DNA from: Clostridium sediminicola
Lineage (GTDB): Bacteria > Bacillota > Clostridia > Clostridiales > Clostridiaceae
DNA: 64,000 nucleotides
Reading direction: 5' to 3'
Assembly (NCBI RefSeq): GCF_050402865.1
Contig: NZ_BAABMF010000007.1
Span: forward strand, 8,141-72,140
Part shown: positions 39,933 through 49,744 of the stretch, piece by piece
How the letters are laid out: every line of letters starts with the position of its first letter
Numbering within the stretch: the first letter of the stretch is position 1
Position numbers and translations under genes: made by a program
Notes under the pieces: generated by a model
Database searches by the model: none
Told to the model about the DNA's origin: nothing
The model's input: only the letters and a program-made list of their open reading frames with translations

Positions 39933-41425
39933 AACTGCCCCCTATTATTTGGTATATACAATTTAAAACTAGTACCTTTATCAAGAATACTTTCTACATC
40001 AATAACTCCTCCAAAAGCTTCAATAACCTTTTGACAATAGGCTAGTCCTATTCCCCAATTTGAAACAGTAGCTTTTGTTGAGTAAAATGGTTGGAATATT
40101 TTATCTATATCTTTTTTATCCATACCGCAACCGTTATCATGAATTTCAATCACTCCATATTCTACCTTCTCATCTATCACAACAGTAATTTCAGGGCTAT
40201 CCATAAAACTACAAGCTTCTATAGAATTTCTTATAATATTTTCCATAACCTTTTTGAACTCTTTCTTATCAATATTTAAATAAATAGTTCTTTTCTCTAT
40301 AACATCAAAGGTTATACTAGGATTCATCTTTTTAAAAGTTTCTATCATTTTAAGAACAATCTTATTTACATCAACAAAACTGTACTTTAGCTTTATCTTA
40401 CTCATGTTTTTCGATAATTGACTAATTTGTTCTATAGTCTCATTACATATTCTAATTATTTCATTTTGTAATAACTCGTCATCTTTCTTTTTAGATTCCT
40501 CAGCTAAGTATCTTATTGCAATTAGTTGATTTTTAACTGAATGAGAAAATATCCTTCCTCCAATATTTGCTGTATGTAATTGTTTTTCAAAATCTATATT
40601 ATTTTTTCGTACATTTATTTCAAATATATTGTATTTCAATATTGCATAGATTAATAAAATTACAGATACTACTGATATTATTGTTATTCCATTATAAAGA
40701 ATCTCATTATAAGGAATGCTTATATTTGATAACTGTCCAAATCTGCTAAAAATTATCTTTTGATTAGGATACCAATAAAATAAAACAAGAAATAGAAAAT
40801 GTATAGGAATAATTCCAATAAACATATACTTGAATTTTTTTCTAAGTTTCGGTATGATTCTACTTTCAATATATAACAGAACAATAATGCTGGTTACGAG
40901 GTAAATTTTCATTAGTGAATTGGAAACTAAAGCTAATGACTTTATTATAGAATTCACCTTGATATAATAATCTGAATTTACATATCCATTAAAAATCACT
41001 CTATTATTTATCTTATATATAACCTTTAGTACATCTGGATCAAACAATATTATTAATACTAAAGGAAAAACTGCTAATACCAAATAAGCTACTTTCTTAG
41101 AGTGTTTGCTCACAATAAATGAAACTGAAAAACAAATAGCTCCGTATATATATATGGCAGTACCTATGTTCATTATTCTATATTGGTCATTTATATCAAG
41201 CTTCAAAAAATAATTTATTTTCCATATATAATTTGAAATGTTAGAATAAAGTCCGTTTACAGTGTAGTGAGAACTACTTAAATACTCTGTATAAAAAGCT
41301 AATCCAAACATAGCTAATGAAAATCCAATAAGCATAGTGCTAAGCCAAACTATATTTTTTGTTCTATAATTTTTTACTATTAGAAAAATATTAAAAATAA
41401 TATATGTGAAAAATAACCATATCAT
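39929..41425 (-). CDS. polytopic membrane sensor histidine kinase (6-7 TM N-terminal domain; AgrC/HPK10-like H-box; HATPase_c)
   Basis: About 260 aa of TM helices. H-box FSHSVKNQLIAI, N-box IIRNSIEA, G-boxes HDNGCGM and NWGIGL. The start codon overlaps the response-regulator gene by 4 nt. Confidence 0.75.
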   Translation of the reverse strand: MIWLFFTYIIFNIFLIVKNYRTKNIVWLSTMLIGFSLAMFGLAFYTEYLSSSHYTVNGLYSNISNYIWKINYFLKLDINDQYRIMNIGTAIYIYGAICFSVSFIVSKHSKKVAYLVLAVFPLVLIILFDPDVLKVIYKINNRVIFNGYVNSDYYIKVNSIIKSLALVSNSLMKIYLVTSIIVLLYIESRIIPKLRKKFKYMFIGIIPIHFLFLVLFYWYPNQKIIFSRFGQLSNISIPYNEILYNGITIISVVSVILLIYAILKYNIFEINVRKNNIDFEKQLHTANIGGRIFSHSVKNQLIAIRYLAEESKKKDDELLQNEIIRICNETIEQISQLSKNMSKIKLKYSFVDVNKIVLKMIETFKKMNPSITFDVIEKRTIYLNIDKKEFKKVMENIIRNSIEACSFMDSPEITVVIDEKVEYGVIEIHDNGCGMDKKDIDKIFQPFYSTKATVSNWGIGLAYCQKVIEAFGGVIDVESILDKGTSFKLYIPNNRGQL

Positions 41426-41470
41426 AATTAACTCCTCGTAAATCTTTTATTCTGTAGATAAAACATAAGT

Positions 41471-41560
41471 AAACTTAATCTATACATGTACAAAATCTCA
41501 GGTAACAATAAGTTTTAGACTTGTATAGATTTATTGTTCAAGTGCTTTATCTCTATTATA
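41471..41560. repeat. Family B palindromic element, copy 5, with a TTTATCTCTAT tail
   Basis: AAACTTAATCTATACATGTACAAAATCTCAGG ... AGTTTTAGACTTGTATAGATTTATTGTTCAAGTGCTTTATCTCTAT. Confidence 0.75.
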
Positions 41561-41616
41561 GCATGGTTACCCAAAAAAAGTAAAAGAGCAGATTCCTCTG
41601 CTCCTTTGCATTCAGT

Positions 41617-42981
41617 CTATTTATTTTTCCAATATTCTATTGATTTTTCTTTCATTTGTTTAACGAATTGTTCAGGAGTGATTGTGCCAAATACTAAGTC
41701 ATTATCTACTGGGTAGAATACATTTGCAAACCATTCTGAATAAGCAGCCATAGCTCCATCATATGATAAATGGAAAGTTGTTGCACTTTCTACTACAGGC
41801 TTAACATCTCCTAATATCTCTGGGTAAGCAGCATCTGCTCTAGCTGACATATTCATTGTTTTCTCAACATACATTTGTGCATTTTCTTTGCTAACCATAA
41901 ATTTCAAGAAAGCTTTAGCTGCACTTGCATTTGGAGCATCTTTAGGTATTGCGCATCCGATTAAGTATGCTTCAACATCAGTTGTATCCCCTGTTCCACC
42001 TTCTACTTGTGGGAAAGGATAAAAACCAAATTCAAATTCTTCACCAGCTATATCTTTTGTCTCAACAGGAATCCATGTTCCACAAAGAATACTTCCTGCT
42101 TTACCTAAAGCCCAATCTCCTTGTGCTGCTGGGTAGTTACTTCCTGCATATCCATCTTCAAATAAGTTCTTTCCACCTTTACTTAACTCGTAAACAAGTT
42201 CAGCAGCTTTTAAATATCCTTCATCATCCCAAGCTTCACCAGTTTTATCTGATGCTGCTTTTGATAAAGCACCTTTTCCTAAAACTCTTTCTAATGCCCA
42301 ATAGTAATAATAAGCATTGTAGAATGAAATATTACCATCTAATGCTAATGGTGCAATTCCCATTTCTTTAATTTTTGTATTTACAGTTATAAATTCATCC
42401 CAAGTCTTAGGAGCTTCCAATCCTTTTTCTGCAAAGAATTTTTTATTATAGAAAAACCCTGAAGTAATATAAGAATATGGAAGATAGTATAAATTTCCAC
42501 CTTTCTCATAAAGTTTAACAATATCTTCGTTGAAAACTTTCATTAAAGTTTCTTGATCTTCTGGTCCTTTACTTTCAAATAAATCATTGATAGGCATAAC
42601 CATTTCTTCACCATCTTTTAAAAGCGCTCCGTTTAATTCACTTAAATCTTGATCTACTAAATCTGGTGCATCATTCATAAGAAGTCTACTTCTGATTTTT
42701 GTCAATACATCTCTTCCTGCAAATTCAAATTCTACTTTCACACCTGTTTCTTTTTCAAAAGCAACTGCCATTTCTTTTAAAGCTTCAGCTTGAGGTTCTC
42801 CCTCATTCCACATAGAAGAATAATTGATAGTTCCACTAATTTCTGCATCTTCTGTAGTAGCCTTCTCATCATTTGATGCTGGCTTTTCATTTTCAGTTTT
42901 ACCACATCCAGCTAATAACGAGATACTTAAAGTAGTTACTAATGCAAATGCCAATAATTTTGAAACCTTTCTCAAATTCAT
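41617..42981 (-). CDS. sugar ABC transporter extracellular solute-binding lipoprotein (family 1)
   Basis: Lipobox LLAGCGKTEN after a signal peptide that starts at the Met at 42981. Family-1 SBP-like length and composition. Confidence 0.8.
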   Translation of the reverse strand: MNLRKVSKLLAFALVTTLSISLLAGCGKTENEKPASNDEKATTEDAEISGTINYSSMWNEGEPQAEALKEMAVAFEKETGVKVEFEFAGRDVLTKIRSRLLMNDAPDLVDQDLSELNGALLKDGEEMVMPINDLFESKGPEDQETLMKVFNEDIVKLYEKGGNLYYLPYSYITSGFFYNKKFFAEKGLEAPKTWDEFITVNTKIKEMGIAPLALDGNISFYNAYYYYWALERVLGKGALSKAASDKTGEAWDDEGYLKAAELVYELSKGGKNLFEDGYAGSNYPAAQGDWALGKAGSILCGTWIPVETKDIAGEEFEFGFYPFPQVEGGTGDTTDVEAYLIGCAIPKDAPNASAAKAFLKFMVSKENAQMYVEKTMNMSARADAAYPEILGDVKPVVESATTFHLSYDGAMAAYSEWFANVFYPVDNDLVFGTITPEQFVKQMKEKSIEYWKNK

Positions 42982-43060
42982 AATTTTACCCCCCAAAAAA
43001 ATTTTTATATTTAAGTATTGAGTCTCCATTTGAAAAATGGATTCTCTATATTATGTTGAC

Positions 43061-43909
43061 TTATTCTTTTAATGCTCCCATTGTTAATCCTTCCATTATT
43101 GTCTTTGAAAGAACAACGTACACCAAGAAAGTTGGTATAACAACCATGGTAAAGGCTGCGAATAGACTTACCCAGTCTCCTGTATATTGAAGTGACCCTT
43201 CTATAGCATATAACCCTATTGATAAGGTAAATTTACTTGACTTTGATATAAATGTAAGTGCTAGTAAAAATTCATTCCATAATCCGATAAAATTAAATAT
43301 TCCTGCTGTAACTAAAGCCGGTCTTCCAAGTGGAAGCATAATTTTGAAAAAAGTATAAATAGGTCCACATCCATCTATATATGCTGCTTCTTCTAGTTGA
43401 TGTGGAAGTGTCTTGAAAAACCCCATCATTAGAAAAACTGTAAAAGGTATAGATAATGCAACATAAACCAAAACTAATCCAACTAATGAATTTATCAACT
43501 TCAAACTAAAAAGTATGAAGAACAAAGGCACTAGTAGTAATTGATAGGGTATCCCCATACCAAAAGTAAATAATTTAGTTAATGATTTTCTAAAAGGGAA
43601 CTCTATTCTAGATAAAACATATGCAACTGGAGCCGAAATAATTAATAAGATTAAAACTGAAGAAATAACAACAATTAAACTATTAAAGAAATATACTCCA
43701 AGTTTATTATTAGTCCAAACTTTTATATAATTCGAAAACTGTATTGAATTAGGAAATCCCCATATATTTGAAAAGAATTCCTTATTATTTTTAAATGAAC
43801 TCATAACTATCCATAGGAAAGCAAATAGTGAAAATCCACTCCATAGATATAAAAATGCTTTTGCTAATATACTCCCAATAATATTGGAAAGATTTCTTTT
43901 ACTTTTCAC
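43061..43909 (-). CDS. carbohydrate ABC transporter permease (MalG/UgpE type)
   Basis: Six TM helices. EAA-like motif EAAYIDGCGPIYTFFKIMLPLGRPAL. Confidence 0.85.
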   Translation of the reverse strand: MKSKRNLSNIIGSILAKAFLYLWSGFSLFAFLWIVMSSFKNNKEFFSNIWGFPNSIQFSNYIKVWTNNKLGVYFFNSLIVVISSVLILLIISAPVAYVLSRIEFPFRKSLTKLFTFGMGIPYQLLLVPLFFILFSLKLINSLVGLVLVYVALSIPFTVFLMMGFFKTLPHQLEEAAYIDGCGPIYTFFKIMLPLGRPALVTAGIFNFIGLWNEFLLALTFISKSSKFTLSIGLYAIEGSLQYTGDWVSLFAAFTMVVIPTFLVYVVLSKTIMEGLTMGALKE

Positions 43910-43922
43910 CTATTATCACCTC

Positions 43923-44840
43923 CTAATATTCTATGGTTTCTTTTTTAGTTATTCTAGTTATCAAAGTAACAATAACAGCTATTAATACAAACATAATAAC
44001 ACCCATAGCTGTACTATAACCCATTCTATATATTGTCACTCTTCTACCAAATGCTGTTATATACATATAAGTAGCCAAGTTTTGAGTTCCTGCTGGTGGA
44101 ATATCAACGCCTCCACCCCATGCATATAGCAATGAGAACTCTTTAACAGCATTTATTCCCCAAAGAACCATTGAAGTAACAAGAACATCCCAAATCATAG
44201 GTATCTTTATTTTAAAGAATATTTTTGTCTCAGATGCACCCTCAAGTTTAGCAGCTTCTATAAGGCCTACTGGAACTCTATCCAATGCTGCTAAAAGTAT
44301 AACACAATAAAAGCCTGTATACATCCATACAATTGCAGCTAAAACAGCCCATATTAATGTTTCTGGAGCCATCCAAGTTTGTTGGAAATTCGAAAGTCCT
44401 ATAGCACCCAAAATATTGTTTAGCATTCCCCATTGTTTGTTATAAATAAAAGACCATAAAATTGCTATTGCTACAGGATTTATTATTGAAGGGAAAAACA
44501 ACAATGCTCTATAGAATTTTTTACCTTTAATATCTGTAGTTAAAATTCCACTTAACAAAAATGCAATACCAAAAACAAATATACCACCAACTATTATTAT
44601 AATTCCTGTATTCTTCATAACAACTCCCCAAAAATGGGAATCTCTAAATAATTCTTTGAAATTACCTAGGCCAACAAACTTCATACTAGTAGTAAAACCA
44701 TTCCAATTAAATAAACTTACATAAAAAGCTCTTATTGCAGGATAAATAAAAAGTAAAAGATATAGTATCAAGGCCGGCAATAAAAATAATATTACCATTA
44801 ATTTATTTTCTTTTTTAAAAATTTTAACCAGTCCCTTCAA
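43923..44840 (-). CDS. carbohydrate ABC transporter permease (MalF/UgpA type)
   Basis: Six TM helices. EAA motif IEAAKLEGASETKIFFKIKIPMI. Confidence 0.85.
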   Translation of the reverse strand: MKGLVKIFKKENKLMVILFLLPALILYLLLFIYPAIRAFYVSLFNWNGFTTSMKFVGLGNFKELFRDSHFWGVVMKNTGIIIIVGGIFVFGIAFLLSGILTTDIKGKKFYRALLFFPSIINPVAIAILWSFIYNKQWGMLNNILGAIGLSNFQQTWMAPETLIWAVLAAIVWMYTGFYCVILLAALDRVPVGLIEAAKLEGASETKIFFKIKIPMIWDVLVTSMVLWGINAVKEFSLLYAWGGGVDIPPAGTQNLATYMYITAFGRRVTIYRMGYSTAMGVIMFVLIAVIVTLITRITKKETIEY

Positions 44841-44859
44841 AAGATTTATTTAAACATCT

Positions 44860-45918
44860 TTAATTCTCTTTAACTGCTTTCACAAAAGCTTCTATATTTT
44901 CATAAGGAACATCCGGTTCTAATAAGTGAGTAGGTGCAATAATGAGTCCACCATTATATCCTACATTTTCAATCATGTCTTTAACTGCTAGTTCAACATC
45001 TTCAGTTGAGCCAAAAGGCATTGTTGTTTGTGTGCCAATTGTCCCCCAAAAAGAAATTCTGTCTCCATAAAGTTTTTTTATTTCTTTAGGATCTAAACAT
45101 TCAGGTTGAATAGGATTTAATATGTCAACTCCGATTTCAATTAAATCTTCAATAATATCTGCAATATTTCCATCAGAATGATAATAACATAAGACCTCTG
45201 GATTAATGCTTTTTGCAGCCTCTATTGATTTCTTTAATCTAGGTTTTAACCATTTCCTCCAAGTTTCAACACTCATCATCATTGCTTCTTGAGTTCCCAC
45301 ATCATCGCCATATATAATAACATCTACACCTGTTTCAGCAAATTTTTCTGCAACCTTACATTTAATATCCGTCATTCTATCTAAGCAAGCAGTTGCAATA
45401 TCCTCATTTATATAGAAATCCATCAGCAAATTTTCCATACCTCTTAAATACCATGTAGGTTCAAATATATCTATATATATACCACTACTTAAAGCAATAA
45501 GATCATTTTCCTTTATTTTTTTTACTTTTTCTTTTAAACCATCCCATCTATATTCTGATAGAACATCCGGTAATGGAAAACTTAATACCTCTTCAGGTGT
45601 TGTGAAATTTTGCATTGGAGATACCATTTTTGTAAAATGAAAACTTTCTTCTGTTTTCCCTTTTACATGACCTACTCCCCACTCATTGATATAGTCAATA
45701 TGACCTAAATTTTCGAAATATTCACGGTAATCGTTTTCAAATTTTGTGCTATTCGGCATTACCGGTCTTATAGGCATATCAAAATATGTAAAATAGTCTT
45801 CTTGTCCAGTTTTTTTCTTAAATTCTTCAATTTTACTTTCACACATTGTAAAGTAATACAGAGTTTTTTCTGGTTTTATATGATTTATAGTTTTAAAAAA
45901 ATCGTCTCTTCTTCCCAT
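44860..45918 (-). CDS. uroporphyrinogen-decarboxylase (URO-D) family protein (MtaA/CmuA-like methyltransferase fold)
   Basis: 352 aa with URO-D family length and composition. The C-terminal HSDGNIADII...G.D.LNP pattern resembles URO-D/MtaA. Confidence 0.6.
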   Translation of the reverse strand: MGRRDDFFKTINHIKPEKTLYYFTMCESKIEEFKKKTGQEDYFTYFDMPIRPVMPNSTKFENDYREYFENLGHIDYINEWGVGHVKGKTEESFHFTKMVSPMQNFTTPEEVLSFPLPDVLSEYRWDGLKEKVKKIKENDLIALSSGIYIDIFEPTWYLRGMENLLMDFYINEDIATACLDRMTDIKCKVAEKFAETGVDVIIYGDDVGTQEAMMMSVETWRKWLKPRLKKSIEAAKSINPEVLCYYHSDGNIADIIEDLIEIGVDILNPIQPECLDPKEIKKLYGDRISFWGTIGTQTTMPFGSTEDVELAVKDMIENVGYNGGLIIAPTHLLEPDVPYENIEAFVKAVKEN

Positions 45919-45964
45919 TTCTACCTCCACAATAATGTAGTTTTTAACTATGATTATTTATTTC

Positions 45965-45998
45965 ATCCTACAAATTAATTATATAAAATTTGTAGGAT
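45965..45998. promoter_or_regulatory. 12-bp perfect inverted repeat ATCCTACAAATT-N10-AATTTGTAGGAT in the 5' leader of the URO-D/ABC operon
   Basis: Read directly from the sequence. It lies 35-70 nt upstream of the URO-D-family start codon. Confidence 0.45.
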
Positions 45999-46226
45999 TT
46001 AACAAGACAAGTTTTTTTTCATCCTTTTTTTTATAATATTTATAATTATACTTAAATAGTATAGTAAAACCTTATACTTTTTTTAGGCTATATTTTAAGC
46101 TACTGTTGATTTAAATGATTGGAGGCACTATTTATAAAGTTGCATTATTTATAGTTTACAGTTCACAATGTACAGTCCACAGTAATGGGCAATTATCTGC
46201 GAAAACCTTTGAATCGAGTAAAAGAT

Positions 46227-46280
46227 AAAAGTAATCACTCTTTATTACCTTAGATAACAAAGAGTGATTACTTTTTATTT
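46227..46280. terminator. 17-bp-stem hairpin AAAAGTAATCACTCTTT-N15-AAAGAGTGATTACTTTT with T-run
   Basis: Read directly from the sequence. It lies downstream of the ger operon end. Confidence 0.6.
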
Positions 46281-46335
46281 AAATCAAAAACTAAATTTTG
46301 TTGCATTTAGCTACATGTTCTATATGATAAATTTA

Positions 46336-47481
46336 TTAATATTCCCCTCTTCCCATATCGTCCACCTTAACTTTTACATTGACTATTATATCTGAATTAG
46401 AAACTACTTTATCCCAATCAACTCCAGTTTCACGTCCATATTTAGCTGCAGCTACTCTACCTAATTCAAGACAATCAACTCTATATACATTTTGCATTTT
46501 CTTTATAAAATCATAACTCATTTTTTCTACTTTTTCTATCATTTGACTCTCAAATTTTCTCATAGTTTCAGCACTTTCATGAATATCAGGAAATAACTCA
46601 TTTTCAACTATCTGTCCATTTAAAGATAAGTCTATAAAAAAAGTATACTTATTTTCTTTTTTTTCACAGCGAACCTTTCGTGTTGTTTGTGCATAATAAT
46701 TTATATTTTCTCTAATGTTTTCTTGTAATGTAAGCATACCTTTGACCTTATTTTCTCTTAGTAAATTCATAACTTTTGTTTCGTCTATATCTATTTTTCT
46801 AACCATTTTATCTTTTTTAAATAATGCCATTCCAGTAATTTTTAGTTTTTTATCTATAACTTCAATATAGGGTAATACAACATTCCTTCCCTCCACATGC
46901 ATTCTCACAAAAACATCCATCATTTTGTAATTATCCGAAAAAAAATTAAACGCAGTAGAATGCTCCAACATTCCTTCTAAATAGTCAGAAGCACTGGGAT
47001 ATGTAGGCACCTTATATCTTAAAATATCTTCAACTTTCCCCTTACATACAGACAATAAAGCTGTATCATTTATATTGTGATTTTTGAATTCTATATCTAT
47101 CAAATTTTTAATACCAAATTTTGAATATTCTTCACTAAAAATATATACTCTTTCAAGCCCTAATATCATTTTTTTATTTGTCAGCAGTTGTCTTGACCTT
47201 CTAGTTCCAGATAAAGAACTCCCTACTCCTGTACTTATTATGCTAGAAATTTCTCCATTTCCACCATAATTATAAAAAGAAATAGGTACACTATATTCTT
47301 TATTATCTGATATGAAATCCACACCGACTCCCGAAGGAATATTAACATTTTCAACTGGTAAATGAGTTACCCCACTACGAAAATATATGTAAATTAATAT
47401 AGAAAGAATGAGAATAATTATATGGTTTTCTTTAATCAGCAAATTAATCAACCTACTATTTTTAATATGTTTTTTATACAT
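46336..47481 (-). CDS. germinant receptor C subunit (Ger(x)C family), copy 2
   Basis: GMALFKKDKMV...ETKVMNLLRENKVKGML pattern of GerAC-family proteins. N-terminal TM anchor. About 80% identical to 48577..49725. Confidence 0.7.
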   Translation of the reverse strand: MYKKHIKNSRLINLLIKENHIIILILSILIYIYFRSGVTHLPVENVNIPSGVGVDFISDNKEYSVPISFYNYGGNGEISSIISTGVGSSLSGTRRSRQLLTNKKMILGLERVYIFSEEYSKFGIKNLIDIEFKNHNINDTALLSVCKGKVEDILRYKVPTYPSASDYLEGMLEHSTAFNFFSDNYKMMDVFVRMHVEGRNVVLPYIEVIDKKLKITGMALFKKDKMVRKIDIDETKVMNLLRENKVKGMLTLQENIRENINYYAQTTRKVRCEKKENKYTFFIDLSLNGQIVENELFPDIHESAETMRKFESQMIEKVEKMSYDFIKKMQNVYRVDCLELGRVAAAKYGRETGVDWDKVVSNSDIIVNVKVKVDDMGRGEY

Positions 47482-47507
47482 ATAAATCCTCCAAGCTTAT
47501 CTATAGA

Positions 47508-48584
47508 TCATTTATCCTTAATCCGTATTAATAAAGCTGTTAATGTAAAAAATATTAAATTAAAGATAATAGAAGTAGGAGTTACAAAATCTATTATTTC
47601 TGCTCTTAATATTCTATCCGAAAGTTTTAAAGATAGATAAAGAATAAGAGGATAAATAAATAAGCATAATTTTTGTATATCTATTTTTGTGAAATAATTC
47701 AAATTGAAAGCTACAGCAAAATAATAATTAGCTGAAATTCTTAATGATAATAAAATCCATATAAACATGAATATATATCTAAAGTTATTAATTACAGGTA
47801 CATGAATACTTTCAAAAACCAATATCAAAGACCAGTAGCTTTCAGGTATTATTTCTATGCCTACATAAAATATAGTCACAAAAACAACCCACACATATAT
47901 TATTCCACATATTGCTACAGCTTTTAGGGCTGATTTTTTTATAGCCTTTGTATTTTCTACATACGGATAAAACAAAAGTAGTGCTTCCCAACCATAGTAA
48001 GAATAAGCAGTTGTTTTGCTGGTTTTTAAAATATTCAATAAACCTGACCCTAAAACAGGCTGTAGATTCAATATACTACCTTCTTTTAAAGCTGACATTG
48101 AGAATAACATTACTACTATAAAAATATAAAAAATTAATTCACTTGTTTTTCCTAACACCTTTAATCCTTTATAAGCTCCATAAGCTGCTAAAGAGACTCC
48201 AATAATACCAACTTTTAATGGTGTTAAGAAATCCACTATAAAAGTTCTCATTAAGATAATAAAGTCTGATATAATTGAAACAGTAAAAAGCAAAAATTGG
48301 ACTATAAAAATAAAATTCAATATACTCCCTAAGAAACATCCAAAGTATTTTTTACTTAAAGAAAGTATATTCTCCTTTGGATGTTTATTTATAATATAGA
48401 TGGCTATTAGAATAACATATATTGGATATACAAGTGCGATGATAACAGAAATCCATGCATCCTGTCTTGCTGTTTCCACAAGAACATTAGGTAATTTTAA
48501 AATTCCAGACCCACCAATTACAAAACTTAGTAAAAAGCAAGTCAGTTCATCGGAAGTCAAAAGATTATTTTTTTGTTTATTCAT
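47508..48584 (-). CDS. germinant receptor B subunit (spore germination permease, APC family), copy 2
   Basis: Ten TM helices. Highly similar to 49745..50818. Confidence 0.75.
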   Translation of the reverse strand: MNKQKNNLLTSDELTCFLLSFVIGGSGILKLPNVLVETARQDAWISVIIALVYPIYVILIAIYIINKHPKENILSLSKKYFGCFLGSILNFIFIVQFLLFTVSIISDFIILMRTFIVDFLTPLKVGIIGVSLAAYGAYKGLKVLGKTSELIFYIFIVVMLFSMSALKEGSILNLQPVLGSGLLNILKTSKTTAYSYYGWEALLLFYPYVENTKAIKKSALKAVAICGIIYVWVVFVTIFYVGIEIIPESYWSLILVFESIHVPVINNFRYIFMFIWILLSLRISANYYFAVAFNLNYFTKIDIQKLCLFIYPLILYLSLKLSDRILRAEIIDFVTPTSIIFNLIFFTLTALLIRIKDK

Positions 48585-49725
48585 AATCTCCTCTCCCCAT
48601 ATTATCCACTTTAACTTCTACATTAACAATTATATCTGAATTAGAAACTACTTCGTCCCAATCAACTCCTGTATGTCTTCCATATTTCGCTGCAGCTACT
48701 TTTCCTAATGCAAGACAATCAACTTTACAGTCTTTTTGCATTTTCTTTATAAAATCATAACTCATTTTTTCTACTTTTTCTATCATTTGACTCTCAAATT
48801 TTCTCATAGTTGCAGCACTTTCATGAATATCAGGAAATAACTCATTTTCAACTATCTCTCCATTTAAAGATAAGTCTATAAAAAAAGTATACTTATCTTC
48901 TTTTTTTTCACAGCGAACCTTCCTTTTAGTTTGTGTATAATAGCTTATATATTCTTTTAGATTATCTTGCAATACAAGCATACCTTTAACCTTATTTTCT
49001 CTTAATAAATTCATAACTCTTGCTTCATCTATATCTATTTTTTTAACCATTTTATCTTTTTTAAATAATGCCATCCCAGTAATTTTTAGTTCTTTATCTT
49101 TAACTTGAATATACGGTAATACAACACTTCTTCCTTCTGCATCCATTCTTACATAAATATCCATCATTTTATAATTATTTGAGAAAAAATTAAACGCAGT
49201 AGAATGCTCCAATATTCCTTCTAAATAATCAGCAGTACTGGGATATGTAGGTATCTTATAACTAAAAATATCTTCAACTTTTCCCTTACATACAGCTAAT
49301 AAGGCCGTATCATTTATAGTACGATTTTTAAATTCTATATCTATCAGATTTTTTATACCAAAACTTGCATATTCTTCACCAAATACATATACTCTTTGAA
49401 GCCCTAACAGCATCTTTTTATTTGTCAGCAGTTGCCTTTCCTCTCTAGTTTTAGCTAAAGAACTACCTGTTCCAGTTCCTATTATGCTATAAATTTCGCC
49501 ATTTCCACCATAATTGTAAAAAGAAATAAGTTTGCTAAATTGTTTATTAGCTGATATAAAATCCACTCCCACTCCAGAAGGAATATCAAGATCCTCAACT
49601 GGTGAGTGAATTACTCCACTGCGAAAATATATGTAAATTATTATAGAAAGAATGAGAATAATTATATTTTTTTCTTTATTCACCAAACTAATTAATCTAT
49701 TATTGTTAATATGTTTTTTATACAT
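48577..49725 (-). CDS. germinant receptor C subunit (Ger(x)C family), copy 1
   Basis: As for copy 2. It overlaps the downstream B-subunit start by 8 nt. Confidence 0.7.
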   Translation of the reverse strand: MYKKHINNNRLISLVNKEKNIIILILSIIIYIYFRSGVIHSPVEDLDIPSGVGVDFISANKQFSKLISFYNYGGNGEIYSIIGTGTGSSLAKTREERQLLTNKKMLLGLQRVYVFGEEYASFGIKNLIDIEFKNRTINDTALLAVCKGKVEDIFSYKIPTYPSTADYLEGILEHSTAFNFFSNNYKMMDIYVRMDAEGRSVVLPYIQVKDKELKITGMALFKKDKMVKKIDIDEARVMNLLRENKVKGMLVLQDNLKEYISYYTQTKRKVRCEKKEDKYTFFIDLSLNGEIVENELFPDIHESAATMRKFESQMIEKVEKMSYDFIKKMQKDCKVDCLALGKVAAAKYGRHTGVDWDEVVSNSDIIVNVEVKVDNMGRGDYE

Positions 49726-49744
49726 ATATTCCCTCCAACTTTAG

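Noticed and set aside
42982-43029. Longer start for the solute-binding protein and for the permease at 15421..15492.
   Set aside because: Both extensions precede an obvious signal peptide or an overlapping-stop start codon and would create large overlaps with upstream genes.
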